The notes beneath the pieces are model-generated. The model was given only the letters and a program-made list of their open reading frames with translations, made no database searches and was not told the origin of the DNA. DNA of 64,000 nucleotides, taken from contig CAVPAN010000010.1 in NCBI GenBank assembly GCA_963701565.1, positions 445,698 to 509,697 of the forward strand, given 5' to 3'. Source of the stretch: an uncultured Microthrixaceae bacterium (GTDB lineage Bacteria > Actinomycetota > Acidimicrobiia > Acidimicrobiales > DATDAH01). Shown piece by piece: positions 26,714 to 35,105 of this stretch (within the stretch, counting starts at the first letter, position 1; the number at the start of each line of letters is the position of its first letter). A program made the translations under genes and the position numbers.

Positions 26714-27001
26714 TCAGGCGGAGGGTTCGCCCTCGTTGCGACGCATCTCCGCTTCAATGTCGGACTCGGAGATGGGGCGTTCCCCGAAGGTCTTCCAGGC
26801 GTGCAGCACCAAGCCGATGCCCCAGCCCAGGATCGGCCAGATCGGCCAGAAGTAGCCGGCGCCGGTGAAGGCCCATATGCCGACCAGGAAGCCGTTGACG
26901 ACCACATAGGTCACCACGTGGGTCTTGAAGTCCCGCCTCTCCTCGAGGCGCTTGATCGCAGCGGCGCGACGTTCCTCGTCTTCCATGCGACCAGAATCCA
27001 C
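26714..27001 (-). CDS. 2TM-domain membrane protein
   Basis: ...AIKRLEERRDFKTHVVTYVVVNGFLVGIWAFTGAGYFWPIWPILGWGIGLVLHAW... Confidence 0.7.
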   Translation of the reverse strand: MDSGRMEDEERRAAAIKRLEERRDFKTHVVTYVVVNGFLVGIWAFTGAGYFWPIWPILGWGIGLVLHAWKTFGERPISESDIEAEMRRNEGEPSA

Positions 27002-27124
27002 CTACAGGGGTTGACTGTCACGGGCCGAACGTCCCGGGCGTCAACCGGCTCGAGTTTGGTGGTGCCCACCGATCGCGAGAGGTGACGGCATGAGCCACGC
27101 ACAGGGCGGACCTACAGTCGGGTA

Positions 27125-27805
27125 GTGGACATCGGGTCGGGCCGCGCCGAGGTCACGTCAGTCCGGGTGTCGTCGGCCGGCGGGCGGGTGAAGGTGGTCG
27201 CCGAGGACCGAGGCGACGTGTGGGTGCGGGGCGACGCGACGCTGCAGCACGACGGGAGCACGGCGACGGTCGAAGCCCCTCCCGGCCGGCTGGAGATCCG
27301 GGTTCCGTCAGGCGTTGACCTCGTGGTGGGCTCGAACTCGGGCCGGGTGGAGGTGGAGGGCCCATTGCGAGTCGTCGCCGTCGTCACGGAGTCTGGGCGG
27401 ATCACCGTCGAGCAGGCCGCCGCCGTAGACGTCCGCACGTCGAGCGGCAGGGTGGCGATCGGACGCGTCGAGGGAAGCAGTCGGGTCCGGACGAACTCGG
27501 GTCGGGTCACCGTGGACGAGACTGCGGGCGCCGACGTCGCCACCGTCTCGGGGAGGATCGACCTTCGATCGGTCACGGGTCGCACGACGGCGCACTGCGT
27601 GAGCGGCCGGATCGAGATCCGGCTCGACGCCGCCGCGGACGTCGAGGCGGAGACTGTGAGCGGTCGGATCACGGTTCACGTCGCCGACGCCGTTCGGATC
27701 CACTCGGTGACCGGGCCGCTGCCCGCAGATTTCGAGTCTCGCGGGGACGACTGCACCATCGCCACCCGAACGGTCAGTGGTCGCGTTTCGATCACCTCAC
27801 CGTGA
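27125..27805 (+). CDS. DUF4097-type beta-repeat protein (putative adhesin fold)
   Basis: Repeated SGRV/SGRI strands: SNSGRVEVEG, ESGRITVEQ, SSGRVAIGR, NSGRVTVDE, VSGRIDLRS, VSGRIEIRL, VSGRITVHV, VSGRVSITS. Confidence 0.75.
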   Translation: MDIGSGRAEVTSVRVSSAGGRVKVVAEDRGDVWVRGDATLQHDGSTATVEAPPGRLEIRVPSGVDLVVGSNSGRVEVEGPLRVVAVVTESGRITVEQAAAVDVRTSSGRVAIGRVEGSSRVRTNSGRVTVDETAGADVATVSGRIDLRSVTGRTTAHCVSGRIEIRLDAAADVEAETVSGRITVHVADAVRIHSVTGPLPADFESRGDDCTIATRTVSGRVSITSP

Positions 27806-28371
27806 CCGGCACGCCGGGACCTGTGGTCGACGGCCGCGTCGGAGCCCTGCTTTTCACCGACCTCGTCGGTTTCACCGAGTACACCGACACTGAGGGCGAC
27901 GTCGCCACGCTCGAAGTGCTCGAGGCCCAGACGCGGATGATGAGCGGGATCACCGACGCCCGGCCCGACGCCCGGATCGTGAAGGAGCTCGGTGACGGAC
28001 TGATGGTCTGGTTCGAGGCGCCGTCGGATGCCTTCGAAGGTGCCATCGCCATGCTCCTCGCGGTCGAAGCGGCCCGGAGGGCCGACGCGTTCCCCGTTGC
28101 CATCCGGATGGGGCTCCACGCCGGTGAGGTGCTCCCACGTGGCGGTGACTTCATCGGCACCACCGTCAACGTCGCGGCCCGCATCACCGCGCTCGCCGGC
28201 CCCGGCGAGCTCCTCGCCTCCGAGGTCGCGGTGGACGCCTGCGGAGACTGGCCGCCGGCGGCCCGGCTCGACCCCGTGGGCCCGGTGCCGGTCAAGGGCG
28301 TCAGCACGCCGGTCTGGCTCGTTCGCGTCAGCCCGGACCGCAAGGCGTCTGGAACCCGCCAGCGCCATTGA
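27802..28371 (+). CDS. Class III adenylate/guanylate cyclase, catalytic domain only
   Basis: ALLFTDLVGFTEYTD...VKELGDGLMVWF...IRMGLHAGEV...GDFIGTTVNVAARI. It has a GTGA overlap with the upstream gene. Confidence 0.85.
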   Translation: MTGTPGPVVDGRVGALLFTDLVGFTEYTDTEGDVATLEVLEAQTRMMSGITDARPDARIVKELGDGLMVWFEAPSDAFEGAIAMLLAVEAARRADAFPVAIRMGLHAGEVLPRGGDFIGTTVNVAARITALAGPGELLASEVAVDACGDWPPAARLDPVGPVPVKGVSTPVWLVRVSPDRKASGTRQRH

Positions 28372-28562
28372 GCCGCTGGTCGACGCCGACCACCGCAGGC
28401 AGGCTGCGTACGAGGCCGGCGTCTGGCCGCAGTCGGGGGAACGATCCGAGTGCGCTTCGGCCTGGTCATCCGAATGCGGGCGGACCACGTCATTCGCCCG
28501 GCGCAAGCGGCCTCGGCCCGCGACGTGACATACACAACTCTGCGGGGCTTCGGTTCCCGCGC

Positions 28563-29063
28563 TCAGGCCCCGCCTTCGAGGATCGCCTTGAGCCTCCGGA
28601 GCTCCGTGTTCAGCTCTCGTAGCCCCAACGGCCGCACGAACGGTCGCAGCAGGCGGGTGGCGAGCGAGTTCCCGACGATGTCGCCGGCGCTGAAGCAGAA
28701 CGAACCACGGCCCTGCGGCCTGATCCCCCAGAGGGCATCGGCTCGCACCGGACCGTCGATCACGACCTACCGGAACCGCGACGGCGGCTCCCACTCCGTC
28801 ACGCGACAAGCCAGGTGGACGTTACGGAAGGGTCCGAGTGACGAGAGGCCGTCGAAGATCGCCCCGACCCCACCTGGCTCATCGTGCCAGCGCAGTCCTT
28901 CGAGCCGCGGACGCCATTCGGGCATCCGGCGGACATCGGAGACCATGGCCCACACGTCGTCCGGCGGGCACTCGATGTACGTCCCGGCGGTTGCGTCGTC
29001 CTCGGACAGGTCCGCTGTGGGCTCGTCACCGGCCACCACGACTACATGCTGCCGGATCCCCAC
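28563..29063 (-). pseudogene. SRPBCC (polyketide cyclase/START-like) gene interrupted by an in-frame TAG
   Basis: ORFs 28767..29063 and 28563..28763 are in one frame: ...VTEWEPPSRFR-TAG(28767-28769)-VVIDGPVRADALWGIRPQG... A Trp (TGG) is the usual residue at the stop position. Confidence 0.6.
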
Positions 29064-29201
29064 CCGGCCGTCGACTGCTCCATCGGCGACCGAGCCCGGT
29101 GAGAGAGGTCGGCATCAGGGACCGGCCGAAACCGTCAGTCCAGGGAACCACTCGGACCGGGCCGGGCCAACACGCCACGGGACTCACACGACGGACGCCG
29201 C

Positions 29202-29552
29202 TCACTCGTACTGCTCGGCCCAGCCTTCGGTGTAGTACGAGATGTCCGGCGGGGCTTGGACCCCGAGGTCCTGCATCTTGGCCCGAAGGTCCGGCGAGGT
29301 CAGGAAGGCGCGGAGGGCCTCCGGGGTCTCGGCCTGGTGGTACACGATCACCACCGACGGGTCCTCGGTCGACTGGTTGACGGCGTGGCCCACGATCCCT
29401 GCGGCCGACCGGAAGTCCGCGGCGCCGTCGTAGCCCTCGAGCCAGGCCCCACATCGGCGACGGGGTGGCTGATGATGGCGCCGGGCAGCTGGCGGTCCCA
29501 GACGATGTCCTCCCGCAGCGGGGTCATCCGCAGCATCTCCGGCGGCGCCTGT
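29202..29552 (-). pseudogene. 5'-truncated, frameshifted paralogue of 37927..38529
   Basis: QAPPEMLRMTPLREDIVWDRQLPGAIISHPVADV, then a shift at ~29445, then WLEGYDGAADFRSAAGIVGHAVNQSTEDPSVVIVYHQAETPEALRAFLTSPDLRAKMQDLGVQAPPDISYYTEGWAEQYE. Confidence 0.55.
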
Positions 29553-29750
29553 CTCGCTCGACCACCCCTACCTCGACCGATGGGCACCTGAGCTCGGCAT
29601 CTCCGAGCTGCTGAGCCGGGCCCGCCTCCTTGCCGAAGGTTGACCAGCAGACATCGGGCGAGCAGAAGCGGTTCCCGCTGAGGCCGTCTCGGTCGAGTCC
29701 ACCGAGTCGGTTGCGGTCGACACCCGCCGACCTCCGGCGCGACGACGGGA

Positions 29751-29779
29751 TTGACGCCTCGGCTACCCTCGCCTACAGT
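29751..29779 (+). promoter_or_regulatory. Near-consensus sigma-70-type promoter
   Basis: TTGACG, a 17-nt spacer, then TACAGT. AAGGAGG follows at 29801-29807 and the ATG at 29816. Confidence 0.55.
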
Positions 29780-29815
29780 TTTTAGTGCTAATTCACCACC
29801 AAGGAGGAGCTCCAA

Positions 29816-30073
29816 ATGAAGACCAAGATTGCCGCGGCAGTGGCTGCAGCCGGATTGACCCTCGGTCTCGGCGCCGGCGTGGCATCGGCTGGTCCCGGCA
29901 TCGGAAACACCGTGAAGTCCTGCACCGGCGGTCTCAGCTTCGGGCAGGCGAACAGCGCGGTGGTGCGGGGCGTGGTCGAGCATCCCTACTTCCCCGGCTA
30001 CCAGGCCGGCGGTGCGAATGGCCTGGTCAACGCGGTGATTGCGGGAGCGCATCCCTGCGCCGACGGAGGCTGA
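29816..30073 (+). CDS. Small secreted protein (signal peptide, two Cys)
   Basis: MKTKIAAAVAAAGLTLGLGAGVASA|GPGIGNTVKSCTGG...AGAHPCADGG, with a strong RBS and promoter. Confidence 0.65.
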   Translation: MKTKIAAAVAAAGLTLGLGAGVASAGPGIGNTVKSCTGGLSFGQANSAVVRGVVEHPYFPGYQAGGANGLVNAVIAGAHPCADGG

Positions 30074-30457
30074 CAGACCCACACACAAGCTGACGTCGGC
30101 CCTCACCTCGGGTGGGGGCCGACTCGCGTCCAGGCCCGGATGACCCGTTCTGGTCGAGAGCTTGGGGATCGGGCCATCGGCAACGCATCGCCGTCCACCT
30201 CGACGCCGAGCCCGACGAGGAGGGCGCCCCCGAAGCGCTGGGCGCCGACTCACTTGGCATCCACCTTGTGTCCATGCGGCGCACCGTCACCTCCCCGTCA
30301 AGGATGGTGAACGCTTCACGACACGGAGCCGCAGCGAGCCAACCCGACCCGTGTGGTCGGGCGCTCCGCCTGCCAGGTTGATCACAAAGCCGGTGGATCG
30401 CAGCCGACGGTCCCGGCGCCTGCTCTACCGTGGCCCGAACGGGCAGGGGGAGCCACC

Positions 30458-32341
30458 GTGAACCTGATCGGCGACTACGGGGTGATCGGCGACTGCCACT
30501 CCCTGGCGCTGGTGGGGCGGGACGGGTCGATCGACTGGTGCTGCTTCCCCCGGTTCGACTCGCCCTCGGTGCTGGCCCGGGTGCTGGACGAGGACGGAGG
30601 CGGGCACTTCACCATCGCCCCGGCCGAGTCGCCCCGGGCCACCGAGCGCGCCTACCTACCCGCCACCAACGTCCTGGCCACCCGGTTCCACACGGGCACC
30701 GGCGTGCTCGAGGTCACCGACTGCATGCCGGTGGCACCCTTCGATCCCGCCCACCCGGCCGAGGTGACCACCCGCCACTCGATCCTGCGCCGAGTCCGGT
30801 GCCTGGAGGGCCGCGTCACCGCCGAAGTCCGACTCGATCCCCGCCCCGAGTACGGGGTGGTTCGGCCCCGGTTCACCCGCACGTCGGCCACCGCCTGGTC
30901 GATCGTCGGCGGGCCCGACGCCCTGTGGGTTCGGGCCACCCTGCCGGTCGAGGGGAACGACGACGGCGTGGCCGCCACCTGGGCGCTCGAGGCCGGCCAG
31001 GAGGAGCTCATCGAGATGGCGTGGACCCCGGCCGCCGACCACCCCGCCCAGGGCTCGGTCGACACCCGGGCTGCGCTCGGCACCCGCTTCACCGACACCG
31101 TCGCCTTCTGGCAGGACTGGTTCGCCCACGACATCTCCTACGACGGCGAGCACGCCCGCAAGGTCCACCGCTCGGCCCTCGTCCTCAAGGCCCTCACCTA
31201 CGCCCCCACCGGCGCCGTCGTCGCGGCGGGCACGACCTCGCTGCCCGAGTGGATCCGCGAGGGCCGCAACTGGGACTACCGCTTCACCTGGATCCGCGAC
31301 GCCACGCTCACCCTCGCCTCGCTCGTCATCCTCGGCTCGCTCCACGAGGCCGGCGCCTTCAAGGGCTGGCTCGAGCGCACGGCGGCGGGACGGCCCGAGG
31401 ACCTGCAGATCATGTACCGGGTCACCGGCGAGCGGCTCCTCCCCGAGGTCGAGCTCGACCACTTGGCCGGCCACCGGGGCTCACTACCGGTGCGGGTCGG
31501 CAATGGGGCCGCCAGACAGGTCCAGCTCGACTCCTACGGGCAGCTCATCGAGGCCGCATACGGCTTCGCCGAGGCCGGCGGCGAGCTTTCCGCCTCCAAC
31601 GGCGAGTTCCTCGCCCGCGTGGCCGACCTCGCCGTCGAGTCCTGGCGCCTACCCGACCAGGGCATCTGGGAGATCCGCGACGAGCCCCGCCACTTCGTGC
31701 ACTCCAAGCTCAACTGCTGGGTCGCCCTCGACCGGGCCGTCCGCCTGACCGAGGCCGGGCGCATCGCCGGCGACGTCGACCGGTGGATCCACGAGCGGGA
31801 CCTGCTGGCCGAATGGCTGCGCAGCGAAGGCTCCCCCGACGGCTGGTTCACCCAGGCCGGCGGCCGCCCCGTGGCCGACGCCGCCACCCTGCTCGTCCCC
31901 GCGCTCGGCTTCCTGCCGGTCGCCCACCCGGCCGTTGACCGCACGGTCGAGACCGTCACCCGCGACCTCAGCGACGGCACGCTGGTCCACCGCTACCTCG
32001 ACCCGGACGGTCTCGACGGCAAGGAGGGGGCGTTCCTGCTGTGCTCGTTCTGGCTCCTCGACTGCCTGACCCACGCCGGCCGCATCGACGAGGCCGACGA
32101 GCTGATGGAGGCGCTGCTCGGCCACGCCAACGACGTGGGCCTCTTCTCCGAGATGGTTGATCCCACCACCGGCGAGGCGCTCGGCAACACCCCCCAAGCG
32201 TTCACCCACATGGCCGTCGTTACCTCAGCCGACGCCCTCACCGCCGCCCGCCACGGCGACCTCCCACCACCCGAACAGGCCTACGCCTTCGCCCTCGAGG
32301 CCATCCGACGACGTCGGCGAGCGGTCGAGCCCGGCGGCTGA
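30458..32341 (+). CDS. Glycoside hydrolase family 15 (glucoamylase/trehalase-like)
   Basis: GTG 30458 gives VNLIGDYGVIGDCHSLALVGRDGSIDWCCFPRFDSPSV...NWDYRFTWIRDA...AFLLCSFWL. Confidence 0.9.
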   Translation: MNLIGDYGVIGDCHSLALVGRDGSIDWCCFPRFDSPSVLARVLDEDGGGHFTIAPAESPRATERAYLPATNVLATRFHTGTGVLEVTDCMPVAPFDPAHPAEVTTRHSILRRVRCLEGRVTAEVRLDPRPEYGVVRPRFTRTSATAWSIVGGPDALWVRATLPVEGNDDGVAATWALEAGQEELIEMAWTPAADHPAQGSVDTRAALGTRFTDTVAFWQDWFAHDISYDGEHARKVHRSALVLKALTYAPTGAVVAAGTTSLPEWIREGRNWDYRFTWIRDATLTLASLVILGSLHEAGAFKGWLERTAAGRPEDLQIMYRVTGERLLPEVELDHLAGHRGSLPVRVGNGAARQVQLDSYGQLIEAAYGFAEAGGELSASNGEFLARVADLAVESWRLPDQGIWEIRDEPRHFVHSKLNCWVALDRAVRLTEAGRIAGDVDRWIHERDLLAEWLRSEGSPDGWFTQAGGRPVADAATLLVPALGFLPVAHPAVDRTVETVTRDLSDGTLVHRYLDPDGLDGKEGAFLLCSFWLLDCLTHAGRIDEADELMEALLGHANDVGLFSEMVDPTTGEALGNTPQAFTHMAVVTSADALTAARHGDLPPPEQAYAFALEAIRRRRRAVEPGG

Positions 32342-32497
32342 GAGCCACACCGCATACGAAGCCACGTTCGGACGATGGATCCGAATCCGCGATCGTCCCG
32401 CGACGAATCCAACACGCGGTGGATCGGGACGTTGGACCCTGGGTGCACGACCGCCCAAGGTCACACCATGGGGTGCAGGAGAAGGAGGGTTCGTCTC

Positions 32498-32890
32498 ATG
32501 CCAGAGCACCCCAATGCCAAGTTGATCCTCCGCTGCTACGAGGCCTTCTCGAGCGACGACACCGGAGCGCTCGGTGAGGTGCTGGATGCCGCGGTCGTCT
32601 GGCACGAGCCCGGCCAGAGTCCCCTCGGGGGTGACCACGCCGGGCAGAACGGTGTCCGCGACCTTCTCGAGAAGTTCGGGACGTTGAGCGGCGGAACGTT
32701 CAAGCTCGATCTTGTCGACATCTTGGCCAACGCGAACCGAGCGGTCGCTCTGCACGAGATGACGGCCAGCCGGGGCGACCGTCAGCTGGACATGGCCAGT
32801 GCCGTCGAGTTCGAGATCCATCAGGGCAAGGTCACCGAAGTGACCGTGTACCACGACGACACGTACCACTTCGACGCGTTCTGGGCCTGA
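32498..32890 (+). CDS. SnoaL-like/NTF2-fold protein
   Basis: GAAGGAGG lies 9 nt upstream of ATG 32498. MPEHPNAKLILRCYEAFSSDDTGALGEVLDAAVVWHEPG... Confidence 0.7.
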   Translation: MPEHPNAKLILRCYEAFSSDDTGALGEVLDAAVVWHEPGQSPLGGDHAGQNGVRDLLEKFGTLSGGTFKLDLVDILANANRAVALHEMTASRGDRQLDMASAVEFEIHQGKVTEVTVYHDDTYHFDAFWA

Positions 32891-32981
32891 CCGCAGAGCA
32901 AGGGAGTCGGCCCACCAACGTGTCCTCAGGCGACGCGTTGAGCGGCGACCCGGTACGACGTTTCGTGATACACTTCGCCGT

Positions 32982-33221
32982 ATGGGTTCTGCCATCTCAG
33001 TCCGCCTCGATGACGAAGCCGAACAGGCACTCCGCACGCTCGAAGCAGCAGGGTTGTCGCGGTCAGAGGCGATCCGAGATGCCTTGGTGCGATCTGCCAA
33101 TCGGCTTCGCCGCAGTTCCGAACTCGCCGCCGAGGTGGCCGCCCTCGAGGCTGACGAGGCCGACCGCAACGAGATGGGTGCGGTCGCCGACCTGATGGAG
33201 TCGCTGCGTGCTCCACGGTGA
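32982..33221 (+). CDS. mazE: Ribbon-helix-helix antitoxin (MazE-position)
   Basis: MGSAISVRLDDEAEQALRTLEAAGLSRSEAIRDALV... It overlaps the mazF start. Confidence 0.7.
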   Translation: MGSAISVRLDDEAEQALRTLEAAGLSRSEAIRDALVRSANRLRRSSELAAEVAALEADEADRNEMGAVADLMESLRAPR

Positions 33222-33525
33222 CATCTACCGGTTCAAGCTCCCGAAAGGCATCGGACACGAGCAGCACGGCGACCGGTTCGGCGTCGTAGTCCAGGCCGAG
33301 GAGTTCTTGCCTCGCTCCGTGGTGATCGTCGCGCCCACCTCCCGCAGCGCTCGCGCGGCGTCGTTTCGTCCGGAGATCGAGGTGAACGGTGAGGGCACCC
33401 GGGTGCTCGTCGAACAGATCGGCGCCGTGGACGCGCAGCGGCTCGGCGAACTCGCAGGTCATCTCAGCCGCGAGGAACTCTGGGGCGTTGACGAAGCCCT
33501 CCTGACGGTCCTCGGCCTGCGCTGA
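33208..33525 (+). CDS. mazF: MazF/PemK-family toxin
   Basis: LHGDIYRFKLPKGIGHEQHGDRFGVVVQAEEFLPRSVVIVAPTS...RVLVEQIGAVD. Confidence 0.85.
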   Translation: MLHGDIYRFKLPKGIGHEQHGDRFGVVVQAEEFLPRSVVIVAPTSRSARAASFRPEIEVNGEGTRVLVEQIGAVDAQRLGELAGHLSREELWGVDEALLTVLGLR

Positions 33526-33875
33526 ATCCTCCCCGAACTGCCCCCTATGGGCACCTCAGCCGCCTCCGGGGTGGGGCTGCCGTGCTCAATCAGCTGCGGG
33601 TGGCTCCCGGTCACCGCGCCACCGGTGCCGGCGGCTTGGTCGACCACGGTGGGGCTGCCGTGCTCGATCAGCTGCGGGTGGTTCGGGACCACGACCTCGG
33701 CGGCTTGGTCGACCGCGGTGGGGCTGCCGTGCTCGATCACCTGTTGGTGGTTCGGGGTATCGACCTCGCTGTCGGGTCGGAGGGCGAAGAAGGTCAGGAT
33801 GACCGCCGCCACGGCGCCGACCAGGACCAACAGCCATGTCGGGCTCCAGTCCCGGGTCGTCTCCGCCGGGAGCAC
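33459..33875 (-). pseudogene. Truncated paralogue of the HQQLIEHGSP-repeat membrane protein (3 repeats; N- and C-terminal ends replaced)
   Basis: ...LPAETTRDWSPTWLLVLVGAVAAVILTFFALRPDSEVDTPNHQQVIEHGSPTAVDQAAEVVVPNHPQLIEHGSPTVVDQAAGTGGAVTGSHPQLIEHGSPTPEAA... Homology to 41017..41718 starts at LPAETT. The 3' end runs into mazF. Confidence 0.45.
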
Positions 33876-34094
33876 CCTTGGGCTGCATTCGTTCCCACCC
33901 GGAGCGAGCCCCCGCCGCCAACTGACGTCACGGAAAAGCTCCGACTTCGACCTGGGCAACGAGTTCCTCCGCGGCCTGACGGAGCTCCACCTCGAGTTCC
34001 AGCCGCTGGCCTGATCCCGCGGGCGCTGGACAGGTCCTAGCCGATCGCCCACCATGGGGATCGCTGAACCTGCCGACCCGAGGAGGAGGGCGCA

Positions 34095-34865
34095 ATGGCC
34101 GAGACGGTCGTCGACACCGAGGAACTGCGGGAGCAGGTCCGGATCAAGTACCGGGAGGTGGCCGAGGAACCCGACCGCGAGTTCCACTTCCACACCGGGC
34201 GCCACCTGGCCGCCCACCTCGGCTACCCGGCCGAGGAGGTGGACCGCCTGGCGAACCGGGCGGTCGAGTCCTTCGCCGGCGTGGCCAACCCCTTCGCCCT
34301 CCGCCGTCCGGCGCCCGGTGAGCGGGTGGTGGACGTCGGCGTGGGCGCCGGCTTCGACGCCTTCCTGGCTGCCGAGCAGGTGGGTCCCAGCGGCTGCGTC
34401 GTCGGCGTCGACATGACCCAGGAGATGCTCGACAAGTTCCGGGCCACGACCGCGGAGATGGGCCTCGACAACGTCGAGGGGCGGGAGGGCTACGCCGAGG
34501 ACCTCCCCGTCGAGGACGGCTGGGCCGACGTCGTGATGGCCAACGGCGTCATCAACCTCTGCCCGGACAAGCAGGCCGTCTTCGCCGAGATCCACCGCGT
34601 CCTGCGCCCCGGCGGGACCCTCCAGTTCGCCGACATCGCCAATGGGCAGCAGGTGCCCGCCGAGGCGGTGAGGGACATCGACCTCTGGACGGCCTGAATT
34701 GCCGGAGGGCTGCCCCGTGCGGGCTGGCAGAAGATGATGGAGGACAGCGGGTTCACCGACATCGAGATCGGTGACCCGGTCGACACGTTCGGCGGCGCCG
34801 GCGGCGAGGCGAATGCCCGGACCTTCGAGGTGTTCGGCTACCCGTTCATGGCCCGCCGGCCCTGA
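34095..34865 (+). CDS. ArsM-like SAM-dependent methyltransferase with an in-frame TGA (34695-34697) at the conserved Cys position; Sec-containing or nonsense-mutated
   Basis: ...VVDVGVGAGFD (SAM motif I)...RDIDLWTA-TGA-IAGGLPRAGWQKMMEDSGFTDIEIGDPVDTF...FMARRP* The coding sense continues for 55 codons to TGA 34863-34865. Compare ArsM ..LLWVGCLAGAL....GF. Confidence 0.7.
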
Positions 34866-35105
34866 CCCGAAGTACCGTCGCCCCGATCGGCGCTCGACGA
34901 GAGCTCGGGCTCACCGGGGAGATGGGCTCGCCCGCCCTCGCCCTGCGCACGACCTGTGACCGCTTCGCGCTCGAGCGCGAGCACGGCGCCGCCGAGGAGT
35001 GGCGGGAGCGGTTGCGCGACCTGGTCGCTCGCTACGACGGGCAGGAGCCGCCCCCCGACGCCGTCCGGGGCCGGACGCTCCTCGACGGCTGATGCCCGTG
35101 GGACG

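Noticed and set aside
29781-29791. IdeR/DtxR iron box (TTAG..CTAA core; also 61098-61108 and 49002-49017)
   Set aside because: The IdeR consensus as I recall it (TTAGGTTAGGCTAACCTAA) has one central base between the TTAG and CTAA halves plus outer half-sites. These sites have two central bases and lack the outer halves.
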